IMG/VR virus record: IMGVR_UViG_3300023284_000837 | Coordinates: 1 to 35,979 of that record | Length of the DNA: 35,979 nucleotides | Source: a virus | Direction: 5' to 3' (one strand) | In this document: in pieces, positions 26,239 through 33,354 of the stretch | Numbering within the stretch: the first letter of the stretch is position 1 | Layout of the letters: each line of letters starts with the position of its first letter | The notes under the pieces: model-generated | What the model was told of the DNA's origin: nothing | Databases searched by the model: none | The model's input: the letters and a program-made list of their open reading frames with translations, nothing else | Translations under genes and position numbers: made by a program

Positions 26239-26831
26239 TGGGTTATGTCCGTATCCTCATAATCATCTTTATTAAAGACCACGGCGTCCGTTGGGTTTGT
26301 TATGGTAGTGCCAGAACTACCGGCGCCGGTAGTTACCCCGGTGTGTACGTGTGTCCGGAAATTCTGAATAAAATCGTTTACGGTATCCCGGAGCTCATTG
26401 AGCTTGGCGGTTAAATCGACTATTTTAATAAGCCCCCCGAACGTGCCACTATTAAAAATAGTCTGGATGGCATTTATACGGATATCATCGGAGTCGATAT
26501 CGATATCGGTCGCGGTGATATCCACGGACTCGCCGGTCATTGAAATGGATCCCGCCTCTTCAACATGTATACATACGCCAGTAACCGAGCTCATGAAGCC
26601 CACAACGACGAAACTACCCTCTACCGGTATGATTACCATTGAGCCCCCCGTTGAGGTGGCAATAGCCTTTAAAAGGACTTTTTCGATCACCGCGGTTTCG
26701 TCGTTTGGCGTCAAAGTGAAAGTAAAATCGCTTAGATCCACATTCGAGGCGGCGCCCACTTTGAGGTATATCTCCTCTTTTTGGAGACTCAGCGCGACGG
26801 ACTTTCCTAAAAGTTCTCTTATCGTTTCCAC
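26235..26831 (-). CDS. Baseplate central spike (gpV / Mu gp45-like)
   Basis: 198 aa with a GTG start. OB-like IIPVEGSFVVVGFM, then a beta-helix-like repeat region and an apex motif RTHVHTGVTTG (HxH). Confidence 0.55.
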   Translation of the reverse strand: METIRELLGKSVALSLQKEEIYLKVGAASNVDLSDFTFTLTPNDETAVIEKVLLKAIATSTGGSMVIIPVEGSFVVVGFMSSVTGVCIHVEEAGSISMTGESVDITATDIDIDSDDIRINAIQTIFNSGTFGGLIKIVDLTAKLNELRDTVNDFIQNFRTHVHTGVTTGAGSSGTTITNPTDAVVFNKDDYEDTDITH

Positions 26832-26868
26832 GAGGCAAAGGTAAAAAAAAAGTCTGGGAGAGTATTAT

Positions 26869-27177
26869 TTAAGGAATCGACCATTGTACGCCTAACTTGT
26901 CGTGTTTTTGGTGGCAAATACGGCAAAGCATTTTAAAGTTATTTACCCAATCCCATGATAATTCGGCACATGAATTTTTTTGACACCAATTAACGGACTT
27001 TGTATGTGAGCAATCAATCGGGACGCCGGTTGACTCGTTTCGGTCGCACTCCTCACAATGGACATAACCATCGTTATCGATCATGTCCTGGATCTTCTTT
27101 TTTTTTGCCTCCCGAACTCGGAAATCAAGTGTTGATTTGTTTATGCGGGTGCCATCGCTACATATAAAAGAATTCAT
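26869..27177 (-). CDS. HNH endonuclease
   Basis: 102 aa. CEECD...IDCSHTKSV...NFKMLCRICHQKHD has the Cys pairs plus the H-N-H arrangement. Confidence 0.7.
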   Translation of the reverse strand: MNSFICSDGTRINKSTLDFRVREAKKKKIQDMIDNDGYVHCEECDRNESTGVPIDCSHTKSVNWCQKNSCAELSWDWVNNFKMLCRICHQKHDKLGVQWSIP

Positions 27178-27184
27178 ACCATTG

Positions 27185-27328
27185 TTATAAGAGCAACAAT
27201 AAAATCAATAACATTTGAAGCCGGGACGGTTGCCTATTGTGAATCACAAAATTCCAAATAACATACAAAAATATTACAGACCCCAAGACATAACGACAAA
27301 CCTTGACGACCAAATTAAATAATTCCAT
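27185..27328 (-). CDS. Hydrophobic microprotein (47 aa), absent from the ORF track
   Basis: MELFNLVVKVCRYVLGSVIFLYVIWNFVIHNRQPSRLQMLLILLLLL. Starts 1 nt after the stop of the HTH gene and ends 7 nt before the HNH start. Confidence 0.45.
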   Translation of the reverse strand: MELFNLVVKVCRYVLGSVIFLYVIWNFVIHNRQPSRLQMLLILLLLL

Positions 27329-27329
27329 A

Positions 27330-27518
27330 TTATGTAAGGCTTAAGTTATCCGTCACGAACATATACAGCGGGGTCACCCATTTATCGGGCAAACCCTTTT
27401 TTTTCTGTAGTACTTTGTGAAGTGTTGTAGGTGGACATCCGATCGCGACCTCTAGTCCGGATATGGACAAAACGGATTTGTTTTCTTCCAACCATTTGAT
27501 TAATTCCGATTTTTCCAT
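27330..27518 (-). CDS. Small HTH DNA-binding protein (Cro/excisionase-like), candidate early regulator
   Basis: 62 aa. LSISGLEVAIGCPPTTLHKVLQKK is a helix-turn-helix-like segment. Sits directly behind a palindrome-bearing promoter. Confidence 0.5.
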   Translation of the reverse strand: MEKSELIKWLEENKSVLSISGLEVAIGCPPTTLHKVLQKKKGLPDKWVTPLYMFVTDNLSLT

Positions 27519-27535
27519 GTGATAGTTTTGTTTAT

Positions 27536-27557
27536 AAAGTCCAAATATACGGGCTTT
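27536..27557 (-). promoter_or_regulatory. Promoter (-7 box TATATTTG at 27542..27549) embedded in the palindrome AAAGTCC-N8-GGGCTTT
   Basis: The plus strand reads aaagtcc-aaatatac-gggcttt, the same architecture as 889..913 and 31262..31286. A GTTG lies 19 nt upstream of the -7 box on the coding strand. Confidence 0.5.
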
Positions 27558-27593
27558 TGCGGAGTAATCAACAATTAATTGCCAAACAAGAGC

Positions 27594-28049
27594 TTATTTG
27601 CCATATATAGCCGACAAGTCCCGAGGCAATTTATTAGGCTCCGGGCCGACCATAATAAACGGGGGATGGGGAATTTCCCCACCGTGCCACCTCCATAAAT
27701 GCAATACATTCGGATGGTTGTCGACATATTCGGAATGCGGTGGATGGATCTGAATGACCCGGGCCTCTGGCTCCCAAAAGATATCCTTTATGTAGGACAT
27801 CATATCCCATGATGGTGTTTTACCCGTTCCTTTATCTATGATGTGACAGGAAACATGGTCCCAACCAAACCCACATGAAGCGAGACAACAAATTTGTATA
27901 TTCTTTTTTTTGCTCAAATTCCAAGAAAAATATCCATTGTTCGTGTGTTTTCCGGATGGAAATCCCTCCAGGGGGGCTATCCTGAATTGTTCCGGAACCC
28001 GGAATTTATCCTTTTTTATTGTTTCGCCATCGGCGCCGACTAAATTCAT
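27594..28049 (-). CDS. Conserved phage protein of unknown function (GW[DE]HVS ... HPP.SEYV.NHP..LHLW family)
   Basis: 151 aa. I recognise the GFGWDHVSCH...PSWDMMSYIKDIFWEPEARVIQIHPPHSEYVDNHPNVLHLW pattern from hypothetical proteins of many phages and prophages. I do not know of an assigned function. Confidence 0.55.
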   Translation of the reverse strand: MNLVGADGETIKKDKFRVPEQFRIAPLEGFPSGKHTNNGYFSWNLSKKKNIQICCLASCGFGWDHVSCHIIDKGTGKTPSWDMMSYIKDIFWEPEARVIQIHPPHSEYVDNHPNVLHLWRWHGGEIPHPPFIMVGPEPNKLPRDLSAIYGK

Positions 28050-28064
28050 AATTGTAGTTTAAGA

Positions 28065-28199
28065 TTAATTTTGCATTGCTTTTTCCTGGGATATGGTCGT
28101 ATTTAGACAATTGAAGGCAATACTACAATTATTGACCTCTCCCTCATCAAAAGGAATCCCGCAAATGGTACAACATAGATTTTTATCCAGATTTTGCAT
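28065..28199 (-). CDS. Cys-rich microprotein (44 aa), absent from the ORF track
   Basis: MQNLDKNLCCTICGIPFDEGEVNNCSIAFNCLNTTISQEKAMQN, with CxxC plus two further Cys. Overlaps the end of the upstream ORF by 17 nt. Confidence 0.35.
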   Translation of the reverse strand: MQNLDKNLCCTICGIPFDEGEVNNCSIAFNCLNTTISQEKAMQN

Positions 28200-28401
28200 T
28201 GTTGTATGATTTATTAAGGTTTGTTAATTGCTCCAAGCTTAGATTTTTGTGCATGGACTCCAAAATACGGGCCTTGGATAGATCCGTTTCCGAGAGCGTT
28301 TTTATCACTAGGTATCCTCTACCCCTTAAAATCGATTTAAGGTACTTAGAGGGCATTTGTGCAGATGATATTATCATGATTTGATAGTTTAGAATGGGCA
28401 T
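28183..28401 (-). CDS. Hypothetical protein
   Basis: 72-aa ORF. An alternative ATG at 28377 would remove the overlap with the upstream gene. Confidence 0.4.
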   Translation of the reverse strand: MPILNYQIMIISSAQMPSKYLKSILRGRGYLVIKTLSETDLSKARILESMHKNLSLEQLTNLNKSYNNAKSG

Positions 28402-28805
28402 TCGTCATCGTAATCTTTGGGTTTTGAGAAATCCGGGCCGTTAAATCGATTTCCTTTTCTTGAATTCTGAAAGCATGTCAATATTTGCATGTTCCAAATA
28501 TGGTAACCATGGGCATTACACCGCCTATCTATGGTCATATTCCGCCCTCGGTTTCCCTTTTTAATTATATAATTATTCCTTTGGCAAAATCCCCGAAACT
28601 CCTCAAGGGTTACAAAAAACGGGATTCCCCTCTTTTTTGCGTTGCCCTTAAAACCGTTGTACCGGCAATAGACCGGGTCTATATCCCGACGTTTACGCCG
28701 GTAATGCTTATGGCAAAGACCGCCAAGTTTTGAAACAGGGAGGTTTTTACATGAGTATGCGCAACAATAGCGCCCCTCTTTTTTCTTTGCCTTGGAAATC
28801 TGCAT
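28389..28805 (-). CDS. Zinc-finger / degenerate HNH-like (IDR-type) nuclease-related protein
   Basis: 138 aa. CCAYSCKN...LCHKHYRRKRR, then AKKRGIPFFVTLEEF...MTIDRRCNAHGYHIWNMQILTCFQNSRKGN. This resembles the xIDRxxxxxGYxxxNxxxxxxxxNxxK class of phage endonuclease-like proteins. Confidence 0.4.
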   Translation of the reverse strand: MQISKAKKKEGRYCCAYSCKNLPVSKLGGLCHKHYRRKRRDIDPVYCRYNGFKGNAKKRGIPFFVTLEEFRGFCQRNNYIIKKGNRGRNMTIDRRCNAHGYHIWNMQILTCFQNSRKGNRFNGPDFSKPKDYDDECPF

Positions 28806-28814
28806 CGGTCAAAG

Positions 28815-29069
28815 TTAATCATCTATACCGCCCGGAATCAATTCGCTCTTGAGGGTGGACGGGCGTACCGGTTGCATGTCCGCGTCCCCCACATGCTGTT
28901 TAAAATAGATTTTCCGGGACTTAATGACGCGCTCAATGTCCTCTTTTGACAAGGAAAAACAATAGGTCAATGTTTTCTCCTCGGCGTCGCCAAAGGCCGG
29001 GACCGATATAAACTCCTCTTGAAATTCGGCAACAATTACGTTTGATTCTGTGAAATCAGTTACATGCAT
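28815..29069 (-). CDS. Small acidic hypothetical protein
   Basis: 84-aa ORF. My count is about 16 D/E against 9 K/R. Confidence 0.45.
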   Translation of the reverse strand: MHVTDFTESNVIVAEFQEEFISVPAFGDAEEKTLTYCFSLSKEDIERVIKSRKIYFKQHVGDADMQPVRPSTLKSELIPGGIDD

Positions 29070-29095
29070 TTTTATTGGTTTTAGGTGTTAATAAG

Positions 29096-29545
29096 TTATT
29101 TTTCCGTGGGCTGAATAGGTTGATTTTTGTGTTTTTTGTAAAAATCGTCTAGGGCAAGTATAATTGCGGATTCAATGTTTTCTCCCATAAATAGACTATG
29201 CCTCGATATTCGTACCATATAAAGACTATTAAACCGCCCTCTCATTCCCATGGTTACAAAATAAACCGCCCTACCATCTTTAAAATGTTGACTGCAAACG
29301 TGCTGCATTTCCTTGATCAAATCACGATTAGGTATGTGCGCCAGCGCGCCACACGCTTTTAAATGACTATAAGAATAAAACGTTGTTGTACCGGAAAAGC
29401 GGTCTTTCATTATTTTTTCAAGCTCTATCGTTGCGCCTTGCCTAGATAATATTTCACGGACGCGCCCGAACTTAAAGAGGAGTTTGTCCCCTTTTTTTAA
29501 TTTGTAAAATTCATCCTTTGTCATTTTGTATGTATTTAAATTCAT
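29096..29545 (-). CDS. Hypothetical protein
   Basis: 149-aa ORF, translationally coupled to the upstream gene. Confidence 0.5.
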   Translation of the reverse strand: MNLNTYKMTKDEFYKLKKGDKLLFKFGRVREILSRQGATIELEKIMKDRFSGTTTFYSYSHLKACGALAHIPNRDLIKEMQHVCSQHFKDGRAVYFVTMGMRGRFNSLYMVRISRHSLFMGENIESAIILALDDFYKKHKNQPIQPTEK

Positions 29546-29766
29546 TCGTCTGGTCTTTCAGCAACGCAAACGTAATCTTGTACAGTGCTGCTGTGGCATA
29601 ATTTACAATGATTTATTGAGGGCATCGCCAAATGAGAATTAAACCAATCTATCAAATACCGCCAATTTTCAAAATCAGTTTTATTATCATCCTTGGATAT
29701 TCTCCATTTTTCGAGCTTTCCGCACTTTCTACATTTAGTTTCATAATCCATTTCAAATTTTCTCAT
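29542..29766 (-). CDS. Zinc-ribbon protein
   Basis: 74 aa. CRKCG ... CKLCH gives two CxxC pairs. Confidence 0.5.
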   Translation of the reverse strand: MRKFEMDYETKCRKCGKLEKWRISKDDNKTDFENWRYLIDWFNSHLAMPSINHCKLCHSSTVQDYVCVAERPDE

Positions 29767-30184
29767 CTTCTATATATGTAAATTCAAAAGGTAATATTAC
29801 CACGCGCTCAAATTCGATATCCCCGGCCACACGCTTTATTTTAGCTTGACAAATCACGGAATTTCGCCGGAGGTGTTTTTCTAAATTATTAGGCTTCAAA
29901 GTATCGCAGACCTCATCTTTTTTGAATCCCCATTGATAAAGCGAGCTTACATCTATCAATTTTACTTGTTTGGGATAGGTTTTAGGTGGGTCTATGCAAT
30001 TTTTTACCTTCTTAAGGTCCTCATGGCTCATAACGTTCAAAAAGTCCGTTACGCCGTATTGTTTTGCCATAATCCCGCATTTTTCACAGGTCCACCAAAA
30101 GAATAGACCTCCCTTGTCCTCGGATTGAAAATTATTTACCCGGGACAATTGATGTGTATTTTGCTTTAAATCGATTGTTTTCAT
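29753..30184 (-). CDS. Hypothetical protein with one CxxC knuckle
   Basis: 143-aa ORF containing WWTCEKCG. Confidence 0.5.
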   Translation of the reverse strand: MKTIDLKQNTHQLSRVNNFQSEDKGGLFFWWTCEKCGIMAKQYGVTDFLNVMSHEDLKKVKNCIDPPKTYPKQVKLIDVSSLYQWGFKKDEVCDTLKPNNLEKHLRRNSVICQAKIKRVAGDIEFERVVILPFEFTYIEDEKI

Positions 30185-30360
30185 AGGTTTTCGAATTTAC
30201 TTATCAATGGCACGGTCAACATAATCCGGTGCTGCATCATGGTTTTGCCTATTGTCCGGCCCCCGTAGGTGTTCATTTTCTTTTCGGCTGTCTCAAGGTA
30301 CTCCCTGAGCGCGTCCGCTATTATAGCGGTGTCCTTGTCGGAAAGTTCAATCAGTTTCAT
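30181..30360 (-). CDS. Small hypothetical protein (59 aa), absent from the ORF track
   Basis: MKLIELSDKDTAIIADALREYLETAEKKMNTYGGRTIGKTMMQHRIMLTVPLISKFENL. ATGA overlaps at both ends. The plus-strand ORF 30269..30478 is its antisense shadow. Confidence 0.5.
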   Translation of the reverse strand: MKLIELSDKDTAIIADALREYLETAEKKMNTYGGRTIGKTMMQHRIMLTVPLISKFENL

Positions 30361-30548
30361 TCGTCAATTTGTTTATCGCATTCCTGGCATAATAAAATAT
30401 CCTCGTAATAAGGTAATGGGCGTTTGCATTTACATTTTTGAAAAATGCGCCCTTTACCCGCAACATAGCCTATTTTAAGGGCCATAATCAATAGAATCAA
30501 TATGATTATCGACATTGTCCAGTAGAAATTTTCGTGTAGATATTCCAT
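30357..30548 (-). CDS. Membrane-anchored Cys-rich protein
   Basis: 63 aa. TMD MSIIILILLIMALKIGYV, then CKCK...CQEC. Confidence 0.5.
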   Translation of the reverse strand: MEYLHENFYWTMSIIILILLIMALKIGYVAGKGRIFQKCKCKRPLPYYEDILLCQECDKQIDE

Positions 30549-30549
30549 T

Positions 30550-31248
30550 TTAAAAAAGTGGATTAGTTATTTTTCGGCTTTGTGTTTCAATGTTCTCGTA
30601 AATTTTTTCCTGGGCATGGTCACCGGCAAACCGGACGGCTGTCTCAAAATCCATTACCGCGAACAGGTATTTGTAATAATCCGGCTCATAAACCGCTACC
30701 GACATCGAGTAGGGGGAATACATCGGTTCTGGTACTAGGCGCCAACGGCATCCTGTTGCGCAAACGCCCCAAAGGAATTCTTTATCTATGGACGGGATTT
30801 TGCCCTCTACCTTGTCCACATGGTATATCGATACAAAGTGTTTGTATTCTAAAAATTCATTGACCAAGGTTTCTGTCAGTATACGGGTACGGATCCAGGG
30901 ATGAAAATCCCTTTCCACCACATCCGATTGTAGCCCGATACAGTCCTCTGAGAAAAAAGCAACCTTGTTCCAGGGGATTTGATTACTGGATTCCACTATT
31001 ATATCAACGCCCGAGGTAAATATTTTATTTCCTTCGACAAGGTGTTCGGTGCCTCCGTGCAATTCATGTATTTCGGCGAACCGTGCAAGAAATTGACCCC
31101 TCCTTTCTGGTGAGAACACAAAATAAAAACAAGGGGTGGCGCCAACGGCAACTTTAATCCCGTGATAGGCCATTTCATTACGCATATAAGTGTTCAATAT
31201 TTTTTCAATAGTCAAGTAGGGCGAATTATATTCTATTTGAAACAACAT
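30550..31248 (-). CDS. Hypothetical early protein
   Basis: 232-aa ORF, first gene behind the 25-nt promoter element shared with erf. Confidence 0.5.
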   Translation of the reverse strand: MLFQIEYNSPYLTIEKILNTYMRNEMAYHGIKVAVGATPCFYFVFSPERRGQFLARFAEIHELHGGTEHLVEGNKIFTSGVDIIVESSNQIPWNKVAFFSEDCIGLQSDVVERDFHPWIRTRILTETLVNEFLEYKHFVSIYHVDKVEGKIPSIDKEFLWGVCATGCRWRLVPEPMYSPYSMSVAVYEPDYYKYLFAVMDFETAVRFAGDHAQEKIYENIETQSRKITNPLF

Positions 31249-31261
31249 GATTTTTAGTATT

Positions 31262-31286
31262 AATGTCCAAATATAAGGACTTTTTA
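31262..31286 (-). promoter_or_regulatory. Early promoter (-7 box TATATTTG at 31268..31275) in an imperfect palindrome
   Basis: The 25 nt aatgtccaaatataaggacttttta are identical to 889..913. Lies 19 nt upstream of the ATG at 31248. Confidence 0.55.
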
Positions 31287-31315
31287 ATTAAGATATGAAG
31301 CTTTTTTTTGGATTA

Positions 31316-31368
31316 TTTGCGGCGACCCCTCCGGGGTATTGTTGATATAAACCAGGGGGCGGCGCAAA
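31316..31368. other. GC-rich structured element with two mutually exclusive hairpins
   Basis: tttgcggcgacccc (31316..31329) can pair with ggggcggcgcaaa (31356..31368). The same cccc can instead pair with the adjacent gggg (acccc-tcc-ggggt). No U-tract follows on either strand. Confidence 0.3.
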
Positions 31369-31384
31369 TTATTGAACTCTTGGA

Positions 31385-31834
31385 TTACCTCCTTGAGGTG
31401 GATACAAGGCCCGACTCGTAATGTTCTTTAAAGCCCGGGTAACCGTATAGGTAAGGGTCATAGAGCTCCCCTTGTTTTAAAAGAGTCCCGCCCTTTCCTA
31501 TGCCAACATGCATGAAGTCCGAGAAAATATATAGCTTTGGTAATTTCTTTCCGACGTATTGGCTTAAAGGAAATTCAAACGAGGCGGTGACCTCATCGAA
31601 ATGGACCAGAAAATCCGGTAAATCATTCCGATCGGTTGAACGGGGCATCGACACCAATCCAATAGGGACGGCATCCAGACCGAAATCACAGTCCCAACCG
31701 CTGTTATTTAATTCGGACTTGAGCCTCTTGCAGCTTACATAGTCTACTACGTAGAGGTATTTGTTTACTATATCCTGAATTCTTACAGGCAAGAGCTCGT
31801 AATGTTCGAAATAATCGGTGATTGGCTTTTCCAT
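31385..31834 (-). CDS. Hypothetical protein
   Basis: 149-aa ORF. Confidence 0.5.
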   Translation of the reverse strand: MEKPITDYFEHYELLPVRIQDIVNKYLYVVDYVSCKRLKSELNNSGWDCDFGLDAVPIGLVSMPRSTDRNDLPDFLVHFDEVTASFEFPLSQYVGKKLPKLYIFSDFMHVGIGKGGTLLKQGELYDPYLYGYPGFKEHYESGLVSTSRR

Positions 31835-31907
31835 GATATTGATATTTAAAGTTTGATGAGGTAAATATACAAATATTTTACATAAGTCCTAATTTTTATA
31901 CTTTTAT

Positions 31908-32198
31908 TTAGAAATTCTTAGATATTATCTTTCCTAAATACAGTTTGTAATACCTTACATTGTATTGCGCGCCCCATTCTGTACGACCTGTACCATATCC
32001 AAAAGAAATGAGCTCAACAACCATTTGACGACGGTTCTTAGCATATCCATGGGAAAAAGTAACAGTATCCCGGCCTGGAACAAACTTATTAAAACGAACA
32101 GACCAATATTTATTACTATTCCGATACTCCTCTTTTTTTTCTCCGGTCGCTATCATATCAAACCACTTTGATTTTAAGTTGAGGTGTAGCGTTTTCAT
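31908..32198 (-). CDS. ASCH (PUA-like) domain protein
   Basis: 96 aa. MKTLHLNLKSKWFDMIATGEKKEEYRNSNKYW matches the characteristic ASCH N-terminus. Confidence 0.65.
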   Translation of the reverse strand: MKTLHLNLKSKWFDMIATGEKKEEYRNSNKYWSVRFNKFVPGRDTVTFSHGYAKNRRQMVVELISFGYGTGRTEWGAQYNVRYYKLYLGKIISKNF

Positions 32199-32362
32199 GG
32201 AAACAATGTATTTGCAAGTTCGTGATCAACTTGTTTTTCGAGCGCTTTTGATTCCGTCAACAACCTATCTTTACGCCCATACGGTATCCTGGGCGCTTTG
32301 TAATACTTGTTTTGAGCGACCCGCATATTACGGACCACCTCTCTAAATTCATCGTTATCCAT
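32195..32362 (-). CDS. Small hypothetical protein
   Basis: The track start at 32401 is TTG. The ATG at 32362 gives a 55-aa protein, MDNDEFREVVRNMRVAQNKYY.... Confidence 0.4.
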   Translation of the reverse strand: MDNDEFREVVRNMRVAQNKYYKAPRIPYGRKDRLLTESKALEKQVDHELANTLFP

Positions 32363-32375
32363 ATTCTTTGTGATT

Positions 32376-32942
32376 TTAATTATTTGACCATTGTTGAGCA
32401 ATTGCCCGAGCTATGCCCGGATAAGTTTTGCTCCTTAGTTTTTGCCGGTCCTTCGATGGAGCCATTTTCCAAACTTTAGGATCTCGGCCATGAACTATAT
32501 CCGTCGGCTTTAACAATGGAAGTCCTTTAATCCATAGCCAAGTTTCCTTGGTTTCCCCGTGGCCAAATTGCCAAGGATGGATTACTTGACTTTTTTTTCC
32601 AATGTATTTTTGCATAATTGTTTTAGGTTGCTCTAAAACAACTTTATCACAAACCGAACACGCATAATCCCACGAGTCTTTACATAATTTTGCGCCCTCC
32701 AATCTTAATGGACTGTTCCAATACCACCTATTACCACATATCGCGGTATATGTACACGGCGCATGTAATATTATCAAATCCCAAACCCTTAATCTCAAGG
32801 CTCTGAAAATGTCCATTTGTAAATGATATTCCGGGTGACCTCCCGAACATTTTTCCAAATCACAACTATATGCCTCGTGACCTCTTTTTCTGAATTGGTT
32901 GGCAATGGCTTGGCTTTCTTCAAATCCGATAAGTATTTTCAT
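32376..32942 (-). CDS. Short C5 cytosine DNA methyltransferase-like protein (phage mini-MTase family)
   Basis: I prefer the ATG at 32942 (ATGA overlap with the upstream stop), giving 188 aa. WDLIILHAPCTY (PCx motif), LEQP (ENV-like) and IHPWQFGHGETKETWLWIKGLPLLKPT...RSKTYPGIARAIAQQW match a family usually annotated as DNA cytosine methyltransferase. Confidence 0.6.
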   Translation of the reverse strand: MKILIGFEESQAIANQFRKRGHEAYSCDLEKCSGGHPEYHLQMDIFRALRLRVWDLIILHAPCTYTAICGNRWYWNSPLRLEGAKLCKDSWDYACSVCDKVVLEQPKTIMQKYIGKKSQVIHPWQFGHGETKETWLWIKGLPLLKPTDIVHGRDPKVWKMAPSKDRQKLRSKTYPGIARAIAQQWSNN

Positions 32943-33202
32943 GCTGTTTTTATGTGATTTTCTACGATTATATGAACCAAAAGAGATATATAATATACCA
33001 TTGACGACCGGCACCGGTAATCCAGGAATCCACCGTATGCCAATTGCTTGACTGTAGAGCTAGCCCGTATAGGGTGGCGCCACTCGTCAGCCGTTTCCAT
33101 GGCCTGAATCAATTTTGTTTCCGAATAGAGCTCCGGGACGCCTTGTTTACGCAACAGTACCTTTGTCTCGAATTGGATTTCGGGGTCGATGGTTTTGTAC
33201 AT
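32939..33202 (-). CDS. Hypothetical protein
   Basis: 87-aa ORF. Confidence 0.45.
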   Translation of the reverse strand: MYKTIDPEIQFETKVLLRKQGVPELYSETKLIQAMETADEWRHPIRASSTVKQLAYGGFLDYRCRSSMVYYISLLVHIIVENHIKTA

Positions 33203-33209
33203 TAGTATT

Positions 33210-33350
33210 TTAATAAAACTCGCTTTTCCTTTTTTCCGAGGCCGTTTTGTTCTTGGCTTGCCTTGATTTACAGGGATATCCCGTTATTAGATTTCTTCCC
33301 TTATTTTTCTTTGTCCAATCTGGGGCTATTATGATAATATCATTTTTCAT
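33210..33350 (-). CDS. Small basic protein (46 aa), absent from the ORF track
   Basis: MKNDIIIIAPDWTKKNKGRNLITGYPCKSRQAKNKTASEKRKSEFY. Fits the 33203..33354 gap, leaving only a few nt on each side. Confidence 0.35.
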   Translation of the reverse strand: MKNDIIIIAPDWTKKNKGRNLITGYPCKSRQAKNKTASEKRKSEFY

Positions 33351-33354
33351 AAGG

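Noticed and set aside
28815-29069. The 84-aa acidic protein as a possible DNA-mimic anti-restriction protein (Ocr/ArdA-like).
   Set aside because: The net charge is only about -7 by my count, with no periodic acidic pattern and no similarity I can name. This is too weak to report as a finding.
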